A stretch of 64,000 nucleotides of DNA from contig JBHGNT010000006.1 in the NCBI GenBank assembly GCA_043228905.1, forward strand, positions 5,952,001 through 6,016,000, in the 5' to 3' direction. The stretch is from Azolla caroliniana. Taxonomy: Eukaryota > Plantae > Polypodiophyta. The notes beneath the pieces are model-generated. The model ran no database searches and was not told where the DNA came from. It saw only the letters and a program-made list of their open reading frames with translations. How positions within the stretch are numbered: the first letter of the stretch is position 1; each line of letters opens with the position of its first letter. The translations under genes were made by a program, and so were the position numbers. Shown here one piece after another: positions 12,838-26,344 of this stretch.

Positions 12838-15800
12838 TTATATTTCTGTCAGGATCAAGAGATAAAGAGCTACTGCATAAGCAAGAAATAGAGAGACAGC
12901 TATTTGTATCAACAATCTTGGGTTATCACGGAAGTTTGGAGCTGCTACAGACCTGTAGAAAAACATGTATTTATTGATTGTGGCTGCCAATGAGTTAGTT
13001 TGAGACAGTTTCATAAACGATTATAAAAATTTATAACTGGGTTATTTACCGCGCTATTTTATTGGCTAGACGATGCAATGGTAAACTCTGAATGAAGACC
13101 ACTCCAGGTCCAGTAAGATGTGCTGCATGTACACCGCCCTAAGGAAGGAATAAATGAATAAGAAAGGGCAAAATATAGATCTAACAGAATAGAAGTATAT
13201 ATTAAAACATGAGACTATGCCATTAAAAAGTCATTGAGACAAACCCCAAAAATGGACCGCCCCACACTGCCTGTATATTTAACTTGCATATCAACTAATC
13301 TTGTCATGGCAACTACACAGCCTGCATCAACTACAATTGTCTCCCCTTCAGTCAGGTTCTTTTGCACAACTGTACGACGTACAAAGGAAATAATGATAAC
13401 AGGTTAGAAACCTTCCATCACTGTACGACATGCAAAGATAGTAAGCATAACAAAGTAGAAACCTGAGTTAACCATTACAAACATATCAGAAGAATCTAAA
13501 AAGAACAGTCCAGAAAATCACAGCCTTACAAATTGTATTCCCTCTTCATGAGCAATAATGGACCTCTATTTTTTTTCTTTCATAAATAGTAATGTAAAGA
13601 AAATACAATTAATTAGCATGGTTCTTGAGGCCGCACCTTTAGACAAAACATTTGAGTCTTAGCACAGCCCATAATACGTTAGGTTGCATGATAGGTAGTA
13701 TGTACAAGGAACCATTACGAATTTACGTAGCATGTTCGCGTTCATGGTCACAAATGAATCTCTTTTTATTTTTCTTTCAGAAAGAATATCGTATATATTA
13801 TAAAAGAATATGGTTAATTACCAAGAGTACTTCAAGCTACATCTTGAGATATAAACAATCAAGTGTAAGCTCAACCCAAGATATGTTAGTAGGCAACGCC
13901 ATGCCATGATGCTTGGTGTGTACAGGAATCACTTAGGTTATAATGCTGTTTCGTAGTATCAACAAGATGTCCTTCTGCAGACAAGGAAAATGGCAGATGC
14001 CTCTCTGAAGTGCAGTGTCAAGAAACTCTGATCAAGTGGCATCAAATCCATGTAATTAAAACTGTGAGGCGAGGGTGTCCCTAATTCCCCCGTGTATGAT
14101 ATTTGCTTCAATTCCAATTTGGTAATGCTGCATAAATTGGCAAATGGTGTTCAAATGGTTGGTTTAACACTGCCTTATCAGAGCCAACTTGTTGAACAAG
14201 CCTTTACAGATAATTCATTTACTTTTCCCCACTCTAGAAGGAGATTATCAGTGTGGGGTTTTGGGATTTAATAGCATTGTTCTCTGGGCTGAGAAATTTA
14301 ACATGCATAAATTGGTCCTCATCATCTGTGCAGAATGACACTCAGCCAACTTATTGAACAAGCCTTTACAGATAATTCATTTACTTTTCCCCACTCTAGG
14401 AGATTATCAGTTTGGGTTTGGGATTTAATAGCATTGTTCTCTGGGCTGAGAAATTTAACATGCATAAATTGGTCCACATCATCTGTGCAGAATGACACTC
14501 AGCAGATCATGGTTAGCAGACTGGTTATCTATGGAGACAGTATGTAGGCATCTTGGGTATCCATTATTAGAGCTTTGGCAGTGCTCAGCAGAGCCACCAC
14601 ATGCAGTGGAGCTGTAGTACAGCCTGAGTAGTTCGCCTTACTGATTAGCACAATTGTTATTAGCTTAGGAAAGATTGATGAATGTTCCTACCCATGTCAT
14701 AACATAGGGTAGACAAGGATCCAGTCCCAAAGCTTCGGTGAGGAGGCATAACTCTGGCCATGATTAAGATGTAAACTGTGTTACTCACTGATAGCCAACT
14801 CACGGATCCTATTCACAACACCCATTTGGCATGAGATGTTCTATTTGTCAGTTTACTGACTGCATTTCAAAAAAAAATAAACAACTTCATATGCATTTTA
14901 TATACATCTTGTTGGAGTGGTGTTACATGCAAGCACCAACTTATGTATATTAATTATAATAGTTTATTATTACTTTGTAGTATCCTAAAATATTGGGATG
15001 AAACCACTATGCTATTTGTGTCCTCTACAATGATTAAAAGTTTTATTTGTAAGTTATTTTATTATAGAGTTTCTGCTTTCATCTTCATCTTAATCTTCAT
15101 GGTCTTTTTCACAATCTCGGCACTGAACAGAGATTAAAGATTTGTATATATTGATTTCATTAATCATAATTAAATTCCAACCCATTTTACAGTGTCTATG
15201 ATCCCAGTGATCTCACGTTTTCATCCCTTATTGCACTCTATTCAGAATGCATTAGATCGGGAACCTCGCATTTGGATTAAAGAGTGCACCCCAGGCATGA
15301 TTGGGTGTCATAGAATCATGGCTGCAATCCTAAAGAATGGGCGTTTCTACCTTTTGGAGACTACTGAACATGTGGCAATAAGTTTTCACTGCTACAAACT
15401 ACGTCAAACAACTCAATAGTGGACTGAACTCTGGCTTTTTACTTTAAAAAAAAGGATTTCACATGTCATAACTATAGTTTTCGCAGCCTGGATCTGTTGT
15501 GATGCATGTGATGGTCATTTCATGAAAACATATGTGAATCTTGCCAAATGGCATCCTATAGTTCACCGAATGCATAATAATCCTTGCAAATAACGGTTTT
15601 TGCAATTCAATTTGTTCAATAGGCGCAATAATTGGTGGACACAAAACACGTTCCTTTTTTTGTGCAACATGGAATAATGGAAACATAGCAATTGAAAGGC
15701 CTTTTTCTTTGGCAGTTCGTATCACGGCAATTTTACGGGTATGTGCCACCTGAGCAGAGAGGTTTTCGTATACAATCTGAGTAACTGAATGAGTGAGAGA

Positions 15801-18800
15801 CTACTGACTACTGACTTATTCAAGTGGAATATCCAGGAGGCAGGTCCTATGGCTTCAGCCTCAATGGTGGACTCCAGCCTTAGAGAGAATGGAGATATTT
15901 ACTCAGAACATTCAGTGCCTGAGGATCCATTAGAGGATTGAAGCATCACAATTCACATGTGGAATCGAGGATGTTTCGTCTAATATCTTACTATGAAAGG
16001 AAACCCATGTTATATTTCTTCCAGATTGTTTTAACTTGCAACACTTACTTTCTTATACTTCTCATAGCGCTTATATGATTGCAGACAAACACGTACTCTA
16101 ATTATTAGTTGGGTATTACCACTCCTGATCCTAGTTACTACTTCTATTTCTCAAGGTTGACCATTGATATTTCTTACCTTACTTAAGTGCAGGTACAGTC
16201 TTGTTCAACCTTCTATTTAGAAATTCAATTATCATCTGGATGCTACTAGTCGACATGGGTTACATTGGGACATATAACAGGCACATAAAGCTGAAAAATG
16301 GCTGATACATTACCCTTCTCTCTTGCTCTCAACTTTAGGCTGTATTGATACCCTTTGGTTTGGATGGAGATATATAAGATCAGATTGGTGAAACATATAC
16401 TCAGACTCTAACTAGAAAGGTCACAGTAAGGCATGAACAAACTCAAGTCGTGCACTAACTGTAACAGCATGTATAACTTTTTCTACTTAATACACACTTT
16501 TGCTTTAGTTTGGATTTGACATGATCTACATAAACAATTGATTTATAAGGAATTCTAGAGAATAAAGTAGATAAGAGGATAATGTAAGAGCTTTCTTTCT
16601 AATTTTCAAGAAACACATTTCTGGTGACTTAAAAAATTATATTAATATATAGATGAACACAGTGAGTTCTCACACCCAACACATTTATTTTCTTATATTT
16701 TTCATTTATGGATTTAAAAACATAAATAAGTCAATCAACATAAACATGATTAGGAACGGTGAAAGCCTACTAGATCCGCCAACAGTTATGAATGCAAGAC
16801 CTTGTCCAGTTAGCTTGTGCATGAGAAATCCCTACAATTGTTTGACAGAGTAGATACTTATGATGAAAGTCAATGAAGTCAATGCATAGGCAAAGGAAGA
16901 AAATATAATGAAAGACATACTTCACCACTAAACAGTCCCGCCCGAGCTCTTCGCATGATTGTAGGCAATATGGTTACATCATTGATAGAACACAAGTAGA
17001 CATCTGGCTGAGACACCAAACAGATCTCATTGAATCCCTTAATACACAGGAGGAACAAGATGCACATTAAAAGAAGGTTAATATGATTTTTACCTGGCAA
17101 ATAATCTCCCCTCCAAACCTAGCCAAGTCAATCTGTTAACCAAAGATATGATATAATTTTCACGATCATGTAGATAAATAAAACAATAGAATCAGTTCAT
17201 TAATGAACAAATTCAAATTGTACATTGTGAAACCTAGTTCATGTTATAAGATTTGAAACAAACCGGCAATATTCTAGAGAGGGATGGTGCTGCAATGCCA
17301 ACATAACCATCTTGGTTACCCACGTTGGTGTACCTGCCAGTTCCATAGGTCATTCCCTCATAGAATCACATAGGCAATTATTCATATATATGAAACCAAA
17401 GTAGGAATATACGATGTGGTGCTGGGACTGTTCCCGAAAAGCAACTGCAAAACATTTACACCCCCAATCTCTGGAGGCAAGATATTCTCCATGTGTACTG
17501 ATGCTGACATGTAGCACATTGATCCTACAGAGATTTTAAAAAACATTATCTAAGTATAATATACCACTTGCCCTTAAAATTACATATGCAGCAGACTGCA
17601 CACCTGGTTTTGCAAGAATTTTTTCTTGAGGCTTCAGCATTATCTGCAAATAAAAATACAAAAATGAATTACCGCTACACAAAGTGAAAAAGACAGCTTA
17701 TATCCAAGAAAAATAGAAATTCTTTTAATGTTGGACGACATCATTATACATCAGATTTTTCCTCTTTATAGACAAGCAACAAATATGTTCACCCTAAGTG
17801 TAACCAGAAAAGTTACAGAAACTTATTCTGTCCCAATAATATTTTTGGTGATAATTAAGAAAAACGCAGTTCATAGAGATGTCAAATTATGCGTATGTCA
17901 AATTTTCATAGAGATGTGATTTACAATCATTTGAGAAATTTCATTATTGAAAAAAGCATAAATTATAACTTTTAGGTTGTCAATCACACTAACTTTTATT
18001 TAAGAAAAATGCAGTTCATAGAGATGTCAAATTATGTGTATGTCAAATTTTCATAGAGATGTGATCTACAATCATTTGAGAAATTTCATTACTCAAAACA
18101 GCATAAATTCTAACTTTTCGCTCATTAAAAAAAAAAATCTACAATCATTTTGAGAAATTTCATTACTCAAAACAGCATAAATTCTAACTTTTAGCTTGTT
18201 AAAAAATATCTACAATCATTTTGAGAAGTTTCCTTATTCAAAAAAGCATAATTTCTAAATTTTAGGTTGTTAAAAGCACTGGAAATTGGTCAAGTGTTAC
18301 CAGCATAACCTTGACCAATTCTACGGCTAATTTTGATGGGTTAAGGGTAGGATATTCGACAACAAGTTCTCGAATATCCTACCCTTAACCCATAAGGACC
18401 TATGACACATGGGACCAATGGGTTAAGGGTAGGATATTTTAGAAACTAGTTCTTAGGTACTGGGACAAACCCATTAGAACCTATGACACGTGGGAACATG
18501 TGGACGTCTAGGGCCCTTAGGAGTTGGGCTAGATAACGGGGACTAGCTATCCCCTTCATTAGGGTATCTTGAGACGTCAAGACTCTGTTAGTGAGTCTAA
18601 GATCCCTTCTAGTATCTTTTGAAGAATCTGCCATCAAGGTATTGTTAGCATTCTCTCATCTTCTTTTTGATTATTCACTCTAGCAAATGCGGGGAGAATT
18701 TTTTTGTTCATTCATAATAGCTGTTGCAGCCGCCAAAGCTCCATTGGAGCGGGAACTATTACCAATCCATGTAACTGATAGTATGGTACATCACAAACTG

Positions 18801-21800
18801 AGAGAATTTGCACCTACTCAAAATTTCTGCAGACATGCTAAAAGTGATAACCTCGGAGTTGATCAAAAAGATCAGATTTTAATTCAATGAAGCTAAGCAT
18901 GTTAACCTCATGAAGACAAATAAGAGCACTAACAACTGTGTTCATTAAACGTTTGCAATAAAGAATGGAAAAATCAAAGTCTTCATGAGATTTGCCCATC
19001 AACCTTTACAACCAACAAGATCATGTTGATCACAAAATATTTCAGAGACCGGAGGTATGTTGTGACCACAATACGATTTACATACCGATAATGTCTCCAA
19101 GTTTTAAGTGCATAAATTATTGCAAAAGTTCTTTTTCTTTAATTAAATATAAAAAATGAGTAAAATCAAGTTTTCTGCTCTCCAAAACAATAAGATTTCT
19201 GTCTTGGTAAAAAACGCTGCCAATTGCATAATAACTAGCATCAGTTTCAACCTCGAAATGTTTGGAAGAGCCTTGCAATGTTAGGAAACAGGTCCCTCCA
19301 GATGGGAAGAGTACAAATCGAATTGGAGTTCGAAGAACAAGAACCGGATTGGAAGAGTGCTGGAACCGGATGAAGATCCAGACGAGAGATTGGATCCGGA
19401 GATGTATCCGGAAGAGGCCATATTTGTAAATAGCACATAGTATGTATTAGTATAAATACATCTAGGGCAAATCATTATGTGTAATTTTGTGTAGCATTTG
19501 TTGTAACTAGTGTATTAGTGAGTGTTACTTGTGTGTAGGAGGGTGAGAGTGAGAGTTGTAACTCTGTAACCATCTATGGACGAAGAAGAATTCAAGGTTG
19601 TTGCCTTGGAGTTTCTTATTGTATATCCCTCCTACCATAGTGACTTGTTTAGAGTTTGTGGACTCCTGTGGTTTTTCCCTTTCAGGGTTTTCCACGTTAA
19701 AAGATCTTGTGTCTCTATACTTTCTTGTGTATTGTTGTCTTGATCTCTGCATCTCTCATATGCACATGTTGACCGATTGTGGTCGGTTTCATATTTCCCT
19801 ACATGCAATGTAAGAGTAGGAGCAAAGCATACACGTTCAATGAAAATGGTAAAACATTCTTGTAAAGGGTCATTCCAAGGGATTGGTTTCGTAGATTTAC
19901 ATTTTTTACCTTTTAAATTATCAGTAAACAGTGCTGTTAGGATTGGCTGTAGAATTGGTTTGTAAGGTTATGCCTATAACATGAAGGCAGGAAACCCATA
20001 TTTGTATAATACAAGGCCAAGCTTTAACATGATATTAAAATAATGGGAAGACTAGTCATTGTATTAATAAATTGGCAAATGATCTTTAATTGTTTGTACA
20101 TTGAGACTACAATGTGTCATGTTGCAATCAGATACTGCATTTTGAACAGTTGGAAGTCATAATGCAACTTGTGAACTAAGTTGGATTGGAATATCTATGA
20201 ATTCTATATGGATGGTTTGAAAGTTTGATTCTTACTTGAATACATTGATGAGCTATCATCTACAGGTTCTGAAAATGAGACACTTCAAGATCTTCCTAAA
20301 ATAGTGGAAATATCTTGTTGAAGTCTTCTCGAAAAATTCCCAGCCATTCTATATCTAAGTGCTTAGGATAACTCCTACCTTATGCAATGATAGCGTAAAA
20401 GAAATCTTTTGTAACAAGGAAAACATGATGATCCTCCACTTGTGTTTGTGCTACAGCACTGAATGCAGTTGATTAATTGGCTCCACAGATGCCCATCAAA
20501 ATGAAATGTGTTTCAAACAAGTTTCAGAAATGCTCTTACTGTTTTGGCTGTTAAAAAGACAAGTTCTAGACGTTTGGATGAAAAATAACATTGGGAAAGA
20601 AAGCATATGCATGTGCAAGTGATGACAATTTTGAAATACAAATTTGAGGATTATGAAATTACCTGGACAATTTGTGCTTCACCTCCAAGTATTTGGAAAG
20701 GAATACATACTGCTTGTGGACTCTGTAACACAATTGAACTTCTGAATGAATTAATGGGAATAAAAAACCTATAGTACAAAAGCCAATGAAGATGGAGATA
20801 TTTTTGCCAAAAAGATTCTTCGTATCATTGCAAGGAGAGAAATAGCATTATTTTTTCAATTTGGAGCTCGTTTGCTAAACCTTTCAGTTTTAAAACGCTT
20901 TCTATTTCATAAATAACTAGTATTTTGTCCTTCCATGCATCCTATTTCGATCAATCAATTTTGTCATTTGTAGGATTAATGTTCCAGCATGCGCTTTGGA
21001 GTAGTTTGAATATCGAACAAGTTTTGGATGTGGGAATATTTTTATTTTCAGCTCTCTAGAATCGTCGGATTCATGTGTTCTATGGATGTTTTCAGATGCA
21101 AAGGTGAAGGAGTTACACAAAGTGATTATGAGTCGAATGTTGGTTATTGTATGTGGAGAACCTTTTTCGCGTTGATCAGTCTTCCTTTTTATAGGTCTTC
21201 ATTTTATGAGAATAATGTGTGGAAATATGTGAGTTGCATGTTTCCACTCTTGCTAGGATAATGTATATGTATGAGGCCTTTACAAAGAATTGGATGAGGA
21301 TTAAACATCACTTCATATGGGATCCATGGAGCTTCATTTTGATCTCCAGCAGCCCCTGGTTCATTGTTTTCGATTAGAAAATGGCAAAAATGGACTTCAC
21401 AACCTCCACAACTGCATTTTTTTAGAGGTTCTGTGTTTTCTTTTGGATGGTGGGTTTCTAACTGTGCACATCTTTTGAGATGGATGGCTGCATGGAGTAT
21501 AAGTATTGTACACCAGATCTTTAAAGAGACACTGAGTAATTATTAAAATAATTGTGAGGAGAATTTGTGACTTGGAGTGTCATTGGGATCAATGTTTGAG
21601 ATTGCCAATAATTTCCAGAGGTGATCTCATGGGATGAACTGCTTTATCACGAGAGTTTTGCCTATGTTCTCAGATTTCATGTGTATGATATATAATTGCC
21701 TCTCCTATCTCTGCATTCTCTATTTCTCAGATTAACTGATGGTGGGAGTGTTAATTTAATACATCACTGAACCCTGAAGATGGTTCCTTATTGTGCAGCT

Positions 21801-23999
21801 ACCAGTCACCCCAGGGGAGATTGTACTCCACAAAGAAGAGGATGTCATCAATAAAGGTAGTTGTAATATGCTTAATTAATCTTTCTTCCCTAGCTGGTTC
21901 CATCACAGTGGAACAAGTTTCCCATCAGGACACCACACAATAGCCTATGACAGACACTTTGCATCACTTACATATTTTCTCTGAGTACTGAACTTCACCT
22001 TTACACACTCAAACTTCCAGGAACTTTTCATGCAATAAATCAATATAAAGGAACTTTTCAGAATTCCATCAATCCAGGCTCAATTGATCTTGGATCTTGC
22101 TCAATAGATCATATCTTTGGTATCTCACTCAATCCTCCCTAGATGAGTTTGGGGTTCTTAGCACTAGTCCCACCAATATAAAAGCAAAGAAGCCAGTTCA
22201 AGAATGTTTCACCAATTTGTAAATTTCTAGAAACCAGAACTTACTTTCCAAATTTCTATTTTAGTATACTTATACCCTCATTTAGACTCAGTTATACTAC
22301 TATATCATATGCCCTGTGTAAATTGAGTAAACGGATTACTTACATTCTCTTATGGGTGAAGGAAAAAACTAAAAAAGTGTCTTATTTACTAGAGGCTGAA
22401 TTAGCCAGCGAGATCAAACTGATTAACAAGGTTCAAGTCTACAGCACTATGAAAAAATATAGAAAAGGTTGGATTGAAAAGCAGAATGCAAAGATTTCAC
22501 AATATGAAATATAAGGGAACAACAACTAAATATAATTAGATGGAAAACCAAGAACTTAAGTGCAAGAAAAGCAAAGGACCTCAAATCCGTGAATCAGGAA
22601 CAACAAGAAAGAAAACAAGCAATCCATCATGAAGCAGGTAACAGAAGGTTGATAACTAGAAATACAATGTCTACTGCGACTACATTCATATTTCATGGCA
22701 CGATTGATCTGCATTGCGAGATTGGAGTTCCGAGATTATAATTTCGCACTTGTTAAAGGGATATAAAACCAAAACAATATAAAAGTGCTCACTGTTTGCT
22801 ACAAAACTCTGAAAATTGATCAAAATTACAGACAATTTGGTTGTGAAATGTCATGAAATTGGAGTTCTTGTGATAATAGAGGGATACCGGGATACCAATA
22901 GTACTATGAATCAGTCATGAAAAGTTATCTGTCGTGAGAAGACTGATACGTAGATATTATGAATACAACCTGGTCTTGAAAGTACAATTGTATTTCTTGG
23001 CAAGAATTTTAGTTTTCGGAATTGTGTTTGAGGTTCTTCAAAGGCATCTAAGGAATCCAAGGAAATAACTTCAAACTTAAATAAATGGAGGAAAATATAC
23101 CAAATCAAAATATGAAAGTGATCATCATTTGCAATAGTAGCAAAACAAACATGAATGACCTTAAAAAAAGTTGAAACGTTTGGCACTTTGGCTCCCAAAC
23201 GTGATCAATCAATGGTGATGAAACAGATAGTAAATCACTAAACTGTGAAAATATTCATGTGTGGCAAAAGTTCTGGCTTCTGATACCATATCTGTTGGCA
23301 AGAAGTGTTGTTCGCATTGCACCTTTGAGATTCTTGGAAGAAACTAATATATTTGAAAAAATAACATTTTACTCAATGTAAGGCAAAGTAGAATATGAAA
23401 TTATCATCACCATTTGCTATAAAGTACAGTGACGCAGAAACGTTGATTATTTTTGCTCCCAGATACCATGAATCAGGGATAATGATAATAACAATGCCGA
23501 AATTAAGCAATGATTCAGGAATCGGGGATCCAGAACTTATCTCTGTCGAGAAAACACAATGTGGATGTTGAAACTTTACGTTTTATATTTCATATTAAAA
23601 GTATTGCGGAAGAATCAGAAGTGGAACGTGAGGTTGTCGTCATTTGCTACAGAACTGTGCAAAATTGCGGAAATTTTTCATTATTTTCTCTCCGAGATCT
23701 CATGAATCAGGAAAACGAGAAATTATCTATGTCTCGAAAACACAAAACACAATCTGGATGTGGGGAGGCAGCGCTATATTTTCAATGAAAGAAGGGATGA
23801 AAGACTGAGCATTTTCAATGACTGTTTCTCTTAGGCCAATTTGAGAGGTAGATCCAGAACTTAAAATTTTGTCTGTTTCGATACACATCGTTGGATCTAA
23901 AGAAGAACTAAAGATTCTGAAAAGTTTGTATGGAATTTGTGAGATCCTTACCTGGTAAACATAAGGCTGAAACGGCGTGGTAAGAGCAGGAGCTGCCAT
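12838..23999 (-). CDS. AIM24: AIM24-domain (TRAP-like fold) protein with a C-terminal hydrophobic segment, 11 exons, ~281 aa
   Basis: Exons (-): 23999-23952, 20722-20663, 17643-17604, 17524-17413, 17333-17264, 17132-17094, 17007-16921, 16831-16771, 13369-13245, 13138-13050, 12952-12838; 846 nt in frame. Protein [56 protein letters not shown]...GYVGIAAP...[15 protein letters not shown]...LTGQGLAF...[13 protein letters not shown] matches the plant AIM24 family as I recall it. Confidence 0.93.
13950..14800 (+). mobile_element. L1-like RT remnant with an internal ~162-bp tandem duplication
   Basis: Degenerate motifs VRRGCP (QGCPLSP), QAFTDNS (FADD), FSGL..INW and HLGYPL. Segment 14182-14343 is repeated at 14344-14502. 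Confidence 0.6.
17856..18270. repeat. Intronic tandem repeats (~143-bp and ~70-bp units)
   Basis: gcagttcatagagatgtcaaattatg occurs twice; tacaatcattt(t)gagaa occurs four times. Confidence 0.8.
18304..18610. repeat. Short dispersed repeat family, copy B, containing a perfect 24-bp hairpin
   Basis: Related to 4615-4820 and 25200-26395. Arms 18336-18359 and 18370-18393 are exact reverse complements. Confidence 0.7.
19279..19803 (+). mobile_element. Solo LTR with 5-bp TSD TGCAA
   Basis: TG...CA termini; TGCAA at 19274-19278 and 19804-19808; tataaata at ~19451; related to 7256-7722. Confidence 0.88.
19850..22250 (-). mobile_element. Highly degraded L1-like LINE fragments on both sides of AIM24 exon 2
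   Basis: Weak minus-strand motifs only: 'QSPLG.TG' (KSPGxDG-like, ~21820), 'VLYKYGFPA' (~20010), 'FILVG' (~22180). Boundaries are approximate. Confidence 0.4.
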
Positions 24000-24028
24000 G
24001 AGAACAGAATCAAGCTTCTTCGCCTTTG

Positions 24029-24032
<4 letters not shown>

Positions 24033-24083
<51 letters not shown>
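24033..24083 (-). promoter_or_regulatory. (GA)n tract just upstream of the AIM24 ATG; candidate BBR/BPC site
   Basis: About 25 CT units 35-85 nt upstream of the ATG. BPC proteins are known to bind GA repeats; binding here is inferred. Confidence 0.4.
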
Positions 24084-24089
<6 letters not shown>

Positions 24090-24129
24090 GAGCAGAAAAC
24101 TATGATGAATTTAAGTTTGAGTTTACGAC

Positions 24130-24445
24130 TAATGATCAATCAAATTAATTGATTAATTACTGATAGTTTAGTGATTACTTGCTTCTTGTTGATCAATGAT
24201 TACTTTATATTCAACCAGCTAAATACATGTGAAATTAATTTAGTGATTACCAGTTTGTTGTTCATTACTTTATATTCAAAGAGCTAATTACATGTGTAAT
24301 TAATTTGTTAGTGATTAGTAGTTTGTCATTCATTACTTTACATTCAATGAGCTAACTGTGTGTGTAATTAATTTGCTAGTGATTACTAGTTTGTTGTCAT
24401 TGCTTTATCTCAATTGCACTCGTTAATGTGTGATTAATTTACTTT
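24130..24445. repeat. AT-rich ~70-bp degenerate tandem repeat upstream of AIM24
   Basis: tagtgatta..agtttgt..cattacttta..ttcaa..agctaa..tgtgtaattaattt recurs about four times. Confidence 0.65.
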
Positions 24446-25364
24446 AGGGAATGAAATGTAAGTCTAAGAGATTCACGATCATACAAAAAAACCATGGTTA
24501 AGCACAAACTAAAATTTTGGACATGCATACAATCTACACATGCTACTTTTTGTCTACGAATTGGCATATTGGCTTTGAAATTGTAGCTTGTGGATAATCA
24601 TAAGTCCACTAATGTATATGGATTATGTAGAAAGTTTTGACTTTGTCAATGGTTGATCCAACCTATGGTTATATGCTTTGGTAATTAAACTTATCAAGAG
24701 ATCATTAACATGGTTTGAGGCATGTTAATTGGATCCCAAAAAGTGTACAATGCATATGATGGTTTGCCTTGTTGATGGTTGTTTCACCTAAAATTATTCA
24801 ATGGTTAAGAGATCATTGATGTACCTCATTTGAGGCATCTCAATTAATCAAACCATCTACATGTAAAGCATTGTTGTCCATGAAACCACGTGTGATATGT
24901 GGGTGGTGTTGTGAATAAGAACCATAAATCCTCAAACATATATAGATATTTTGTTTTTAAATGATACTTAAATTATTAGCGGGAAACATTAATGCGAAGC
25001 GAAATGAACAAAGTATCAAGTAGACACCAAAGTGCTTAGAAGCACTTGAAGCAAAGGATGTGGTTTTGAATGGGGTGTCTTATGTTACGGAGAATCAAAT
25101 AGGACATTGTTTGAGGGATTGGTCGAGGAAGCTAACATCCTATAGTCGAGTTTTGACAAAAGATGTTACGATTGCATGCCACTTGTTATACCGTATACGC
25201 ATAACCATGGACCAATTCTATAGCCAAATTTAATGGGTTATGGGTCAGATAATCGAGAAATTAGTTATCTTAAGATTTGGGACAAGTTTGTATAGACCTA
25301 TAACAAGTGGGAACAAGTAATGGTCAAGAGCCTTAGATGTTACGGTATATAAAGGACTAGCCAC

Positions 25365-26344
25365 TAGGGATCGGCAACGGCTCGGCTCAAGCCTAAACCG
25401 TTTGGCTTAGCCGGCTTGAAAACGGCTTAGCGGCTTAGCGGCTCGGCTCGGTTCGGTTTAGGCTTGAACTTGCCTTAACGGTTTGAGCTCGGCTCGGCTT
25501 GGCTTGAGCCTCGCCAAACCGGCTCAAGCCGGCTAAGCCGGATAAACCGTTTAAGCCGTTTATAAACTTTAGAGAGGGGGAGAGAGACAACAGACAAGGG
25601 GAAAGAGAGAGAGAGAGAGTAAGGGAGGGAGAACTACATAGACGAGGAGAGAGAGAGAGAGAGGGAGGGAGACAACATATAAGGAGAGAGAGAGAGAGAG
25701 GGAGGGAGACAACATATAAGGAGAGAGAGAGAGAGAGAGGAACTACATAGAGGGGAGAGACAGAGAGACTACACAGAGGGGAGAGAGAGAGAGAGAGAGA
25801 GGAACTACATAGAGGGGAGAGACAAAGAGACTACACAGAGGGGAGAGAGAGAGAGAGAGAGAGAGAGAGGAACTACATAGAGGGGAGAGAGAGAGAGACT
25901 ACACAGAGGGGAGAGACAAAGAGACTACACAGAGGGGAGAGACAAAGAGACTACACAGAGGGGAGAGAGAGAGAGAGAGAGGAACTACATAGAGGGGAGA
26001 GAGAGAGAGACTACACAGAGGGGAGAGAGAGAGAGAGATGAACTACATAGAGGGGAGAGAGAGAGAGAGAGAGGAACTACATAGAGGGGAGAGAGAGGGA
26101 GAGGGAGAGAGAGTCGAGACCACAGACGTGAGAGAGAGTGGGAGGGATCATCTGGGAGAGAGAGAGAGAGAGAGAGAGAGACGGAGGTTTCTAAACCGGT
26201 TTCCAAACCGACTAAACCGGTTTGTGAACCGGCTCGGCTCGGCTCGGCTCAGGTTTGAGATCCTGTAAACGGTTTAGGCTTAGCCGGTTTGGCTTGGATC
26301 AGGCCAAACCGGCTAAGCCTAAACCGAACCGTTGCCGATCCCTA
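25365..26344. mobile_element. Non-autonomous hAT element (MITE) with 8-bp TSD
   Basis: Perfect TIRs TAGGGATCGGCAACGG / CCGTTGCCGATCCCTA; TSD CTAGCCAC at 25357-25364 and 26345-26352; subterminal GGCTC/AAACCG arrays. Inserted into copy C of the dispersed repeat (25200-26395). Confidence 0.92.
25570..26180 (+). repeat. Purine-rich compound minisatellite (actaca[ct]agagggga(ga)n) inside the hAT MITE
   Basis: More than 12 units are directly visible. Confidence 0.9.

Noticed and set aside
25570-26180. Repeat-spacer-like array (CRISPR-like)
   Set aside because: The spacers are (GA)n rather than unique, the context is eukaryotic, and there are no cas genes; it is a minisatellite.
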